A DNA stretch of 63,120 nucleotides, filler included, from Octopus bimaculoides (taxonomy: Eukaryota), in the NCBI RefSeq assembly GCF_001194135.2. It is 4 parts of 4 records of this genome, joined end to end, with 100 filler letters (N's around TTAATTAATTAA, not from the genome) between each part and the next. Parts side by side here need not be neighbours in the genome. Positions count along the whole stretch, not along the records: positions 1 to 27,872 come from NC_069000.1; 3 more parts are not named here. One strand, 5' to 3'. Shown here in pieces: positions 1 through 12,800 of the stretch. How positions within the stretch are numbered: position 1 is the first letter of the stretch; each line of letters opens with the position of its first letter. The translations under genes were made by a program, and so were the position numbers. A model generated the notes under the pieces. That model did not search any database. It was not told where the DNA came from and saw nothing but the letters and a program-made list of their open reading frames with translations.

Positions 1-924
1 AGAATTGGTCTTTCAGACCATCCGGTAACCCCGGTTGAGGTGCATAGGCTGAGATGACAGTAGCTAATCTATGATGAAGTACTAGTCTGATCTTAAGTAC
101 TCTGTCACACACTCTAACTACCTCGATTACCTTATCCACCCATTTCTCTGCTAGAAGTATTCCTACACCCCCGACCCCGTCAGTGTTCCCTGCCCAGGTG
201 AGAAATCACTAGACAGAACGAAACGAAATGAAGGGCAACTGAGTTAGTTGCATATGTCCCAGGAGAGAGAGAGAGGAAGAGGAAGAGTGCAGGTAATATA
301 TAGAGAACAGCCCAGTGAGGAGGAGGAGCAGTGGAGAGAAGAGACATCAGGTAATGGTGGTGGGAGGAGAGAGAGATAGCCAGTGTAGATGGTGAGAAGA
401 TAGAGATAAAGATCGGGATATTCGGTATTGGTGGTGGGGGCGGGACATGGTGGGCACACTGCAAACAAGCGAGTTTAATTTGGAGAAATGGTATGAGGAT
501 CTAATGTAAGTAGCAGGAGTGTTTAGCATAGTATACATTCATAGTGTTCATGGCAGATGAGAAATTAAACTAGAGAAACGAGGAATAAGAAATTAAACAG
601 GCCAAGAGACAAATAATTATCCTAATTTAATTAGCTTCTGAGAAAAATTAACTGTTAGTAAACAATACATTTAAATAGTAAACAATACATTTAAAGTGTT
701 AATGGCGAATGAGTGAATGAAGGATCGAAATGAGACTTAACTTAACTTAGCAATGCCTAATCATTTGGCGACTGGACAAGAATATGTGAGAGAATGGGAT
801 GGTAGGGAACACATGGGACAGGGATTTTAAAACAGATAGATGCAACCGGAAGCGAGTTTAGGGGAAATGGTGCAAGGATTGAATGAAAGGAGCAGGAATG
901 AGACTTAGCTTAGCTTAGCAAATT

Positions 925-3586
925 GGCTCGAGGCCAGAAGGATACCAAGAAGCAGACCAATCCAAAACAGAAGGATTTGGAAGCTAAAGAACCCTTCACA
1001 TGGTCAGAGATTTAGGGACATCCTCATCAAGAAATTTGATGAGAAGAAGGAGGAGCTACAGACATCGGACATAGAAGGTGGCTGGAAATTCCTACGGGAC
1101 AGCTTGCTGAGTGCCACAGACCAAGTCTGCAGATGGTGTAAAGTCCTTTCCAGACCTAGAGTTACATGGGGGTTGGATAGTAGAGTAGACAAAGCCATTA
1201 GAGCAAAGAAACAGGCCTGGAAGGGTGGGGGTAGCAGGGAACTGTACCAGGTAGCCCAAACGGAAGCTGGGCGACAGGTATACATAGCCAAGGGTGAAGC
1301 AGAAAAGAAGAAGTTTGTCAATGTCCAGCGACATGAGGACCAAAGAACTGAGGTATTTCGGATTGCAAGACAGTGTTTGAGAGAAAATTGTGATGTCACA
1401 GGAGAGAAATGTGTCCGCATGGATGATGGTGCACTTGCTTTTAATGATTCTGAAAAGAAAGAGGCTTAGAGAAGCCATTATGAAAGACTGCTGAACGTGG
1501 AGAATGAATGGGAGGAGGAGAACCTGCCAAATATTGACCCAGTAGAGGGACCAGCTATCCGAATAGACAGCTTGCTGGTAGATGAAGCCAGGAAAAACCC
1601 CGGCCCATCAGGAATCACTGCTGAGATGCCTAAAACATCTGATGGTGTGGGCTATGGCTTAGTCACCCGCATTGTAAACCAGGTAGTTCATGATGGAGTC
1701 ATACCCAATGACTGACATAGCAGCACCAAAGTCAACTGCTATAAGGGTAAAGGTGATGCTCTAGATAGAAATAACTACAGGGGTATCAAAATGCTGGATC
1801 AGGTGATGAAGGTCATGGAGAGGGTCATAGCCCATCTCATTAGGGAGAGAGTCTGCTTAGATGAGATGCAGTTCGGTTTTGTGCTGGGTAGAAGCACCAC
1901 TGATGCCATATTCCTGGTTCGACAACTGCAGGAGAAATACCTAGCTAAAGATAAACCCCTATACATAGCTTTTGTGGACTTGGAGAAAGCCTTTGACAGG
2001 GTCCCCTGGTCCCTTATCTGGTGGGCGATGCGGAAACTGGGGATTGATGAATGGTTAATAAGGGCTGTACAGGTCCTATACAGAGAGGCCGTTAGTAAGG
2101 TTAGGATTGGCAATGAGTATAGTGAAGAATTCTGGATAGAAGTAGGGGTCTGCCAAGGTTCAGCCCTCAGTCCCCTTTTATTCATCATAGTCCTCCAGGC
2201 AATAACAGAGGAATTCAAGATGGGTTGCTCCTGGGAGCTCCTCTATGCTGATGACCTGGCCCTTATAGCAGAACTACTACCAAAACTAGAAAAGAAATTT
2301 TGGATGTGGAAGCAAGGTTTAGAATCAAAAGGCCTTAGAGTCATTGTAGCAAAGACCAAAGTTCTAGTAAGTAGGAATGTAATTACATCACACACCCCAG
2401 AAATGGTGTAGGTAGAGACCCCATAAGATGTACCCAGTGTAAGCTATGGACACATAAGAGGTGCCGCAACATCAAAGGAAGATTAACCGAGAAGGTAGCT
2501 TTCGTGTGCGGCAGATGCACAGGGGCAATAAACACCACAGATACTCAGAAAACAGATTCCATCACATGCCAGGTGGAGAAACTAAAAGTAGTTGATAGCT
2601 TCCGCTACCTAGGTGTCCAAGTTAGTAGTTGGGGTGGATGCTCAGAGAGTGTTACCACTAGAATAAGAATAGCCTGGGCAAAGTTTAGAAAGCTTCTACC
2701 CCTACTGGTGACAAAGGGCCTCTCGCTCAGAGTGAAAGGTAGATTGTACGAGGCTGTGACTACGGAGGACATGTGTAGGCTTGAAAGAAATGAAGCTAGC
2801 ATGATCCGCTGGATGTGTAATGTCAGTGTGCACACATGACAGAGTGTAAGCGCCCTGAGAGAAATGTTGGGCGTAAGAAGCATAGGATGTGGCGTGCAAG
2901 AGAGACGTCGTGTTCTACGGATGGATGAGGAGAGATATGTGAAGAAGTGCCATTCCCGAACAGTTGAAGGAATCCGGCGTAGAGATAGACCCAGGAAGAC
3001 ATGGGATGAGGTGGTCAAGCATGACCTTCGAACGTTGGGCCTCACAGAGGCAATGACGAAAGACTGAGACCTCTGGAGACATGCTGTGACTGTGAAGACC
3101 TGGCAAATAAAGTGAGTTCACAGCCGTATCCTTCACCAGTTTCGCATAACCAGCCCCAGCCCATTCAAAAGTACCTTGGATAGTTGGGCAACCTGCTGTA
3201 CTTGAGGAGACCTATTGAGTCAGGTACATCAACAACAAAATGAAAATCAAATGGAAATTATAGTTGTGATACCTGTGCTGGTGGCACGTAAAAAGCACCA
3301 TCCGAACGTGGCCGATGCCAGCGCTGCCTTAGTTGGCTTCTGTGCCGGTGGCATGTAAAAAGCACCAACCGATCGTGGCCGTTGCCAGCCTCCTCTGGCC
3401 CCTGTGCTGGTGGCACATAAAAAGCACCCACTACACCCATGGAGTGGTTGGCATTAGGAAGGGCATCCAGCTGTAGAAACACTGCCAAATCAGACTGGAG
3501 CCTGGTGCGGCCTCCTGGCTTCCCAGACTCCGGTTGAACTGTCCAATCCATACTAGCCTGGAAAACGGACGTTAAACAATGATGAT
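925..3586 (+). mobile_element. RTE-clade LINE, 5'-truncated and degenerate
   Basis: Broken ORF2 over 925-3067: NYRGIK, FLVRQLQEKYLAKDKPLYIAFVDLEKAFDRVP, QGSALSPLLF, LLYADDLAL, GRPRKTW-like end, with stops and frameshifts. Followed by a 3' UTR with GTGCCGGTGGCAC repeats and a GGACGTTAAAC(GAT)n tail. Confidence 0.92.
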
Positions 3587-3634
3587 TATATTTAGAAAAA
3601 AAAGTTTGTAAATTTAATTTCATTTTGTTTGTTT

Positions 3635-4025
3635 CTTTTACTCGTTTCAGTCATTAGACTGTGGCCATGCTGGGGCACCACCTTGCAGAATTTTCAGTTG
3701 AATGAATCAACCCCCGTACTTATTTTCTTAAAGGCTGATACTTTTTCTATTGGTCTCGCTTGCTGAAAGTTATGGGGATGTTAACACACCAACACTGGTT
3801 GTTAAAAGACGGAGGGAGACAAACGCAGACACACACATATATACATATATACGATGGTAACGATGATGATATCTATATATATGACAGGCTTTTTTCAGTT
3901 TTTACCTACCAAATCCACTCTCAAGGTTTTGGTCAGCTTGAACCTATAGAAGACACTTGCCCAAGATGCCATGCAGTGGGATTTGAACCTGAAACATAGT
4001 TTGGAAGCAAACTTACTACACAGCC
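3635..4025 (-). mobile_element. tRNA-derived SINE (family B) with internal microsatellite
   Basis: Reverse complement of gtggctgtgtggtaagaagcttgcttcc..ggttcagtcccactg..cttgggcaagtgtcttc. Other copies at about 23876-24250 -, 36115-36340 +, 36750-36930 -, 45680-45820 - and 48178-48545 -. Confidence 0.8.
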
Positions 4026-4546
4026 AAATATCATATTTGATTTAATTTATATCTGATTATAAACCATTTTTAATAAATGTTTTACTTTCAATTTCATTGT
4101 AAATGTTAAAAAGAAAAAGCTATAAAAAATATTCATCTTAAACCTGAATTGAAGGCGGATGTTGTTGTTTAACCCCAGGTCAATCCTGTTCAAACAGTCC
4201 TATGATGGAAAGCATTGTAGCTGATTGTTCTATGTTTCTCCATCTTTTTATTTTGAAACATAGTATGTCTTGGACTACAATATGCAATATCCTGTCTGGT
4301 TTCAAACTGTGGTATGTGTGTTGAGGGAGGATTAACTGCTATTTCTAGCAGTTCAAGTAACCACTTAGAGATCTCTCACATTAGCTTCAAAAGTTTAGTG
4401 TTGCTAATTTAGTGGAAGGTCGTTGTTTCAAAAAATAAAACTATAAAGAAAATACCTGTTTTCAGTTATTCGATTTGCTAGAAATAATAGCCAAATTTCT
4501 TTCATATCACACTGTACCTTCTACAACTAGAATGCCATTCAACATA

Positions 4547-5819
4547 CAGAGGTTGGACAAAATAATGGAAACACCTTAAAATTTCAAACAAATTTATTTT
4601 AATATACGGTAGGACCACCTTTGACAGTAATTACAGCTTGAATTCTATAAGGTATGAACTTGTACAAAGTTTGAATTGTTTCCAAAGGAATTTTTGTCCA
4701 TTCTTCGGCTAAAACAGTCTCCAGTTCTTGTAGTGATGATGGTGGAGGATATCGACTCCTTTCTAGTTTTTTCTAAAATGCACCATAAATGTCCAATAAT
4801 ATTGAAATCTGGGGACTGTGGTAGCCAGATAAGATGTTCAACTTCACTAGAATGTTCCTTGTGCCATTCAGTAACAACTTTAGCTGTGTGAATTGGTGCA
4901 TTATCATCCTGAAAGATTGCATTTCTCTCTGGAAACACTTCTGCAGCCATAGGATGAATTTGATCAGATAAGATGTTTAAATAGTCTTGACTATTAATTC
5001 TGCCATGAAAGGAAAGCATTGGGCTGGTGGATTTCCGAGATAGAGCCACCACCCCCAGATTATCACAGATCCTCCTCCATGTTTAACAGTTGTAAGAAGG
5101 CAGTCTGGGTCAAATGCTTATTTTGGCTGTCTCCACACGTATACTCAGCTGGCTGGTGGTCAGAAATAAGCTAAAGGATGACTTGTCTGAGAAAATAACA
5201 TTCTTCCACTGCTCTAGGGACCAATTCTGTAGGACCACTCTAAACGCTTTGCAACGTTTGCTTTTGAAAGTAGTGGTTTTCTGATTGCAGCCCCCCCGTG
5301 AAATCTAGCTTTGTGCAGCTCCCGGCAAACAGTTTTGTGGAAACTGGGTTCTCGAGGTGGTCATTAAGCTCTGCAGTAATTTTGGGAACTGTACTTTTGT
5401 GATCCTTTCTAACAATTCGTGTAAGAGTCTGACAGTCCCTATCTGAAAGTTTTGGTTTTCTTCCGGAGTTTTGTTTCAACGAGAAGGTTTTTCCCTCTTT
5501 GTCAAAGGTTGTCATTACTTTCAAGACAGTACTTCTTGATACACCAAACATTTCAGCTGTTTTCATTACGCTAGCGCCTGCCATATGAGCACTAACAATT
5601 TGACCTCTTTGAAAGTCTGATAGATCTGTCATTTTAATGAATTTTAATTATATTTTTCTGATGATATCTGAAAAGAAACAGCAGTTTTAGCAAAACATTA
5701 AGCAACACTAATAATAAATCAAAAAACATAAAAATGAACAAGCTTTTGCTGGTTTTATAGACATTTCAAAATTATGATGCTATGATGCGAGGTGTTTCCA
5801 TTATTTTGTCCAACCCCTG
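4547..5819 (-). mobile_element. Tc1-family DNA transposon, full length, degenerate transposase
   Basis: TA flanks (4545-46, 5820-21) and 30-bp TIRs ca(g/a)ggttggacaaaataatggaaacacct with one mismatch. Transposase from 5632: DLSDFQRGQIV...GRKPKL...FQDDNAPIHT...WLPQSPDFN; frameshifted. Confidence 0.95.
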
Positions 5820-6561
5820 TAGGTGAGTTAAGTCAGACTGAGCTGAAATAAATCACCACCAGGTAAACTGAATTATCTGCCGTGGTTTTAAAATAGAAAA
5901 GCTGAGATTTTCTTTTATAAATTTGAACATTTGAATTGTTTGAGCAAGTAGTTTACAGTATGAAACTACTTCTTATCTTCATCCATAATGTAGGTGTGTT
6001 CTTTCACCAATTTGACACACTTCTTACTTTTGAAGTCAACTCTCTACTCAACCTGCTAAAGATGACTGTCAAATCATACTGTATCATGTAAAATTTAAAA
6101 AGCAGGATACATTGGATCACATAGTCTACAGCTAGATTACTTTTGAACATAGGCCTGCTAAGTCAGTGCTAAACAAACTCCAGCTTCTTACTTCTTCTCA
6201 TCAACTTACACAATTTTCTGGTGTTGGTTTTTCAGACAGTCTAATGCACCTTCCATAATCGAAAAACATTGCCACGATTGCATTGCTTGAACTTGAAATC
6301 AGCTGCCTTANNNNNNNNNNNNNNNNNNNNNNNNNNNNNNNNNNNNNNNNNNNNNNNNNNNNNNNNNNNNNNNNNNNNNNNNNNNNNNNNNNNNNNNNNN
6401 NNNNNNNNNNNNNNNNNNNNNNNNNNNNNNNNNNNNNNNNNNNNNNNNNNNNNNNNNNNNNNNNNNNNNNNNNNNNNNNNNNNNNNNNNAGCATATTACT
6501 CTACCTCTGGTATTTGAGTACTCTTTTTTCCACCTTGTTGCACATTTCATGTGCTTACTCC

Positions 6562-6617
<56 letters not shown>

Positions 6618-6659
6618 TTTTGGTGTCATTTTCTGTAAAATTTTCTTTCTCTTCATTAG

Positions 6660-6790
6660 CAAAAAGAAAACAAGATGAGTCTCCAGAATGTTTCAATTGT
6701 TTTGAGCCCGACCATGCAAATCAGCCACCGCGTTCTAAATGTGTTTTTCTCCAATGTAAAGGAACTTTTTAGTGATACTTGTATAAAAAA
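6660..6790 (+). CDS. RALBP1: RalA-binding protein 1 (RLIP76), internal exon: end of RhoGAP domain
   Basis: ttcattAG|CAA acceptor and AA|GTAAGA donor. Translates QKENKMSLQNVSIVLSPTMQISHRVLNVFFSNVKELFSDTCIKK, matching the recalled human RALBP1 KMKIQNISIVLSPTVQISNRVLYVFFTHVQELF. Phase 0 to 2. Confidence 0.93.
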
Positions 6791-7329
6791 GTAAGAATTT
6801 CTATTATTTTTAATCTTCTATATTATTATCATTGTTGCTTTAATGTTCATGTTGTTGTTGTCATTATTATTATTGCCATCCTTGTCAACTTCATCATTAT
6901 TTTAGGAAAGGGTGGGTGGAAGATTTGGCAGAATTGCAGGGAAAAAATACCTTACTGAATTCAAATCCTGCCTTTCATCCCTCCAGAGTTGATAAAATAT
7001 ATACCAATCAAATACTTGGGTCAGTGTCATCAACTGTATATCCTCCTTCTATGTCCTAAAAAGTTGCAGTTCTTTGCTTATGCTAGAAATTATAAATAAA
7101 GACAAAAGTAGTCAGTAAAGGAAGTGGGAGTCTTTGTTACATTTGACATTTTCAGTTTAAATCCTGCTAATCTGGACTTCATCTTTCATCTCTGCAGAAG
7201 CAATAAAATAAATCAAATACTAGGTTTGACTCTCAAACATTGTGGTCATGTGGTGGTGATGGCTGCTGCTGTTGTTGTTCAAATTCTGTCAAGGTTGACT
7301 TTGCCTTTCATCCTTTGAGAGTCAATGAA

Positions 7330-7900
7330 ATTAGTACCAGTGTTTCATTGTACTAGTGTTTCTGAGAACAGTGTAGTGTCAATATTTGATAGGAAAAGAA
7401 AAGGAAAATTGAAGAATGATTGTAAATTTGAAAAATTGAAGAAGTATGGTGTTGATACGAAAGGAGTCAGTGTTGTGATTGAAGAGCTGAAACAGTGCAT
7501 ACTTGCCAAGAAAGCAACAATAACTAGGTTTCAGCAATGGACCGGTAAAACCAATTGTTTACAATCAACCAAAAAAGATTTTGTCAAGAGATTACTGATG
7601 ATTTAGCATGTGAAAGATTAGTTCCTGATGCATATGAAAGTTAACAGTTTTGTGTTGTGATATAGAGTAAGCAAGAAGACAATACTGGAGCTGAGTGACT
7701 CTGCAACCTAAAGCAAACAACTTCTTATTCCCAGCAAGAAATAGGTGCTGTCCTTGAGTGAATTTATTGAAAGGTGGGTGAAAGTTGTGAAAATCACAAA
7801 GGTGGATGGCACTACTCTAAGTGTATACCTGTGAGTCAGAAAAGGAATTGGAGAAGGTATTTGCCCTTTGTGTTCAGGGAGATTTTGGACAGGGGTACCT
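7330..7900 (+). mobile_element. R4/Dong-type LINE fragment (region upstream of RT)
   Basis: KKYGVDTKGVSVVIEELKQCILAKKATITRF resembles the R4-clade pre-RT region. Heavily degraded. Confidence 0.6.
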
Positions 7901-8126
7901 TGATTATTCCTAGAAGTTCTCTTGTATCAGGAAGACCACATCATCGTGGTCCTTTATTTTTAACTGTCATATACTATGTATACTTCCTTTTTTTTTGTTT
8001 TATTGTATACTGTATATACTTTCATTTTTTGTTTGTTTTTTAATCATTTCATTATATGTAAATGCTCATACTCTGTCTGTCTTTTCCCTGATGGCAAATA
8101 AAAGAAATCATTATTATTATTGTTAT

Positions 8127-9600
8127 TTGGTAATCTGGCAGAATTGTTAGTATGTCAGACAAATGCTTAGCAATATTTCCTGCTATACTCAATATTTACA
8201 TGCTATACTTAAATCCTATGGAGGCTGACTTTGCTTTTCATCTTTTTGGGGTCAATAAACTAAAGTACCAACCGAGTACTAGGGTTGATGTAATCAACTA
8301 GCCCCCTTCCCCAAATTTTAGGCCTATATTACAAACAATTATTATTATTATTAAGGTGGTGATCTGGCAGAATCATAAGCATGCCAAACAAAATGTTTAG
8401 TGGTATTTTATCCATCTTCACGTTCTGAGTTCAAATTCTGCCAGGGTTCACTTTGCGTGTCATCCTTTCGGGGTCAGTAAAATATGTACCAGTTGAACAC
8501 TGGAGTTGATTTAATCAACTTACCCTTCTTCCAAAATTGCTGGCCTTGTTCCAAAATTTGAAATCGTTAATTGTATTAAATAGTCATTTAATTGATGGAA
8601 ATGGTAAAGAGCCTGACTAACTGTTTTCTAGTATTTAATTTTGTCTTTCTGCTTTCTGAGTTAAAACCTTGATACAGTTGATTTTGCTTCCTATTCCTCT
8701 AGAGTTAACAAATTAAACTCCATTGATATACTGGAGCCAAATTATTTGAATTATGCATCCTCATCTACAAAGTTCGGTCTTGTTCTCAGTCTAAAGGAAA
8801 GATTGTTCACAGAATAATAATTATTCAGTGTAACATGGATGGAAAAAATTTGAAAATTGCTACTCTAAGTTGTTGTTTCACCTATCAGAAATTGGAACTA
8901 AATGTTCATCCTGTCACACCTTACTCCTTTATAAAAGGAAGTACTGATTAAATAATATTCTCTGAGATATGGTATGTCTGAAATGGTTATAGAATATCTG
9001 CTGTAGTTTCTGCTTTCACCTTTTAATTTGAATTTGACTTCAAGCCCTTTAGAGTGATTGCTACTGCTATATATTTGGTTCTTGTGCACCAGAGGACTCT
9101 TTCCTGTATCAAACTGAAGCTGATAATTATATTATTGGTTTCAAATTTTGGCACAAGATCAACAATTTTGGTGGAATGGGCCAGTTGATTACATCAACCT
9201 CAGTGCTCAACTGGTAAATTGCTCTATTGACCCCAAAAGGATGAAAGGCAAAGTCAACCTTGGCAGATTTTGAACTCCGGAAGAGAAGATGGATGAAATA
9301 TCACTAAGCATTTAACCCGGTTTGCTAATGATTCTGCCAGCTCACTGCCTTGCTGATGACTATTATTAAGTGCCAGCAAGGTGGCAAGCTGGCAGAATGG
9401 TTAGCATGCCAGGCCAAATGCTTAGCATTTCATCCATAAAGATGGATGAAATGCTAAGCATTTAAATCCCACCAAGGTTGACTTTGCCTTTCATCCTTTT
9501 GGGATTGATAAGTACTAGTTGAGCACGGGGGAGAGATTGATGTAACTGATTCATCTCCTCCCCTGAAATTGCTGACCTTGTGCCAAAATTTTAAACCAAT
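8127..9600. repeat. Cluster of family A SINEs (about 8127-8335 +, 8353-8566 +, 9136-9351 -, 9378-9600 +)
   Basis: Repeated ctggcagaat..ttagc..aaatgcttag..gagttcaaat..gactttgcctttcatcc..aagtaccag motif. Further copies at about 13776-13920 -, 28082-28297, 33780-34482, 35330-35536, 41877-42090 and 62575-62752. Coordinates approximate. Confidence 0.85.
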
Positions 9601-9677
9601 ATTAAGTGCCAGTGATATACTGGTGTGCCTTAGAGTAAGAAGCCATTTCTTTTCTTTTATCTTCCCTACATTTTCAG

Positions 9678-9879
9678 ATATATTCCACCATTAAAGCCTG
9701 CCACATCTCGATGGTCTCTTGAACTGCCGGATAACCTTTCTGCCTTAGAGGAAGAATTAGCGAAACAGGAATCATTATTGGACCAGCTACATGAAGAGCT
9801 AAATGCTGGTGTTGAAGATACATCAAAAAACGAACAGCTGTGGGAAGTCCAGCGAGTTGTGACACAATTAAAGAGAAAG
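9678..9879 (+). CDS. RALBP1: RALBP1 exon: Ral-binding domain
   Basis: ttttcAG|A acceptor, and phase 2 completes the AAA codon from the previous exon. Translates YIPPLKPATSRWSLELPDNLSALEEELAKQESLLDQLHEELNAGVEDTSKNEQLWEVQRVVTQLKRK (human ERLWEVQRILTALKRK). Ends at AAG|GCAAGT, a GC donor. Confidence 0.93.
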
Positions 9880-12800
9880 GCAAGTCCTGATACTAGACAT
9901 TATAAGTAACATTTTAAAACAAAGTAGAGAAACAGGGTTTGTAAAAATCCTTTGGTGAGTGATTGCATTAACAATTTCATTGTAGGGTACTTGCTTTTAC
10001 ATCATCTCAAATTTGCAACCATGATTTTTAAAAATCTTTTAGTTAACCAAAAAGGTAGTAACTCTATACAGGTCTCTAGGACTGGTAGGAGGGAGAAAAG
10101 AACACAACCTCAAACTGGAGACCTGTCCTGAATGCTTGTAATGGAATGGACTTCACTAAAGACACTCAAGTTGATAGATGATGGTGTTAAACTAGGTAAT
10201 GAATTAAATCAACCACCAAAACAGGCTATGGCATGGTTTGAACTCAGAATGCAAAGAATTGGAATAAATACTGCCAGGCATCCTATCTGCCCATTCCAAT
10301 GTTTCCAGCGGACTACTGTTCTTGACTGGTATTTTATTTATTGAACCCACAATGATGAAATGGGGATTTGATCCTATGACATGAAGTGCTGGAATATGTA
10401 CCACAATGAAGTTTATGCAACACTGTAACAACTCTGCCAATTCAGTCTCGTGATCCTGTCATTTGCTGGAAGATGGTTGTGGTTTGCTCCTCTGCTTGCA
10501 ATATATACAGGGTGCCGGTTGCACTGGTAACTAGCTGGCAAAGGATTTGCCTGGGGTTAAAATGGTAGTAACATCGTACAGCCATATGGCAATAAATATT
10601 ATTTCTTAGTATAGTTACTACTTTCATCTCTAATTGAGATTTTTCTAAGAAGTCTAATGCATTCATTTGTATTAAAATCTTATCAGTTGTTGTTTAGGAC
10701 CTGGCCAAATTCTAATCAAACAAACCTATCATCAAAGTATCCCAGTCATGGCTGCCCCATTTTTCCTTTTGGATTACATTCTTTTTAAAAGTAGTAGGGT
10801 TGATTTGAGGGAGATTTGGTTGCTATTTCTAGCAAGTTGAATTACCATGTAGAGGCTCTCTGTTTGGTGTTAATAGTTAATCTATAAAGTCAAATAATGT
10901 TAGGCATGCTGGATTGATTTCTTTTTTAAATTTGGTATACATAAACTTGTGTATTTTATTGGGTTAGAGCTTATTTAACATTAATCTAACAAATGTATCT
11001 CTTCTCTACACATAAATTTGAATAAAACAGTGCAAATTAACAAATCAGTTTTTGGTTTTACATTATCTTCTCCATGGCCTTGCTTTGTATATGTGACCAG
11101 AAAATTTTAATTCTCAAACAGTTCAGCATTTAGCCAGCTATAAATAGGTACTGCAATGTAGGAACAGCTTGCCACACCAAGCAGCAGCAGATTTGGCAAT
11201 TAATTTATTAATTTGCAGTGTTGAGTTCAATTCCTTCTGTGAGAAAACCTACCTCTACAAGATCATCTTCCTATCTTGTAAGAGACATATCTCTCATCTG
11301 CTTAATGCTATGGAAAATGGAGTGGCTGTATGTTAAACCAAGTAGAGCAGTGGGATTTGGAAAAGGATTACTTAGAAACTTCATAGCTGAACCACTAGAC
11401 CCTAATCCTGGGTCTCAATGTATTTCAGACTAAGTCACTGAATTTCACTTATTTAATTTGTTGTTGTCATCACTACCACTGCTATGAAATAGAGCTAGCT
11501 AATCATATGACATATTCACTCAGTATTTTTTTAACTGACAATTTTCTCATTATTGTAGGGTAGTTATTCAAAGAGGTGAGTTTTAGGAGTTCAAATCTCA
11601 ACATTTTCAACTTTACCATTCATCTCTTGTAGATCACTAAAAATAACGAGGCAAGATAGTATGGTAGATTAAACTTGACTTTATTCTTTCTCCTTATTAA
11701 AACTAGCCCCTGTGTCTAAGTGTAAAAATAAATATTTTGTGGCATTAATTGAATAATTATGCACATTTTAGTAGAACTACTGTAACTCTGAAATGTCCAA
11801 CATTACTAACATCAACTTTCACATATCTTTGTTCTACCTTAATTTTTGAGCATGTTTTTTCTCTGATTGCTCCTCTGCTGCATACAAACATGTACTTATG
11901 TTATGTTCCTATTTAGAATCTTTGCTTCTAATGGTATCTTTTACTTGTTTCAGTCATTAAACTGTGGCTGTGTCGGGGTACCACCTTAAAGAATTTTTTA
12001 GTCGAATCAATCAACCCCAGTACTTATTTATTTTTGCCTTTCAAGCCTGGTACTTATTCCATCGGTTTCTTTTGCCAGACTGCTAAGTTATGGGGATGTA
12101 AAACTGGTTGTCAAGTGGTTGGGGACAAGCAAGCTTCTCACCATGCAGCCACACCACATTTTTGTGGTTTGATGGTTAGAAAATTGAAACTAAGTGTTAA
12201 AAATAAAAGTAATAAGTTTGAATCCCGCTTTGAGATTGATATATTTATCTGTACGATCAAGGTAAAAGCAATTGAAGAATGGACTTATTGAAATGTAGTG
12301 TACAACAAAGACATGTGATTAATAGATTGGAAATAACAAATTGCTTTAACTTGTTAAGTTAATTGCAACAGAGCCAGCAAAATGAAGTCTTGCACTGATT
12401 TCTCATCTGTTGCCTCATTATTAGAAGTACTGTTACAATGAAATCTGTTGAGTACCTAATACATTTCTTCACTGAATTTGAACAATAATCAGCTGCCCTA
12501 GTTTCAGCCTGCTAGAAATAGCAAGTAAATCTCTCTGAAATCACTCCTGTCTTAAAAGAAAACCACATTGACTAATGAAGTCGTAGATTGCACTTTGGGG
12601 CTAAACAACAACTGTCTCCCCCAGCTTGAATCAGCAAGGTGCCTGGGCAATTAAATCAAAAAAGTGCAACATGTCCAGTCATCAAACTTGTATTTTTACT
12701 TCAACTATGAATATTTGGTTTTCAATTTGCTTTGATGGTGATGCCCCAAAATGGCCATAACCCATTAGCTGCAACCAGTAAAAGAGTAAAATACATTTCA

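Noticed and set aside
6190-6310. Missing upstream RALBP1 RhoGAP exon before the 6311-6489 gap
   Set aside because: No frame resembles the expected RhoGAP segment. That exon probably lies upstream of the window or in the gap.
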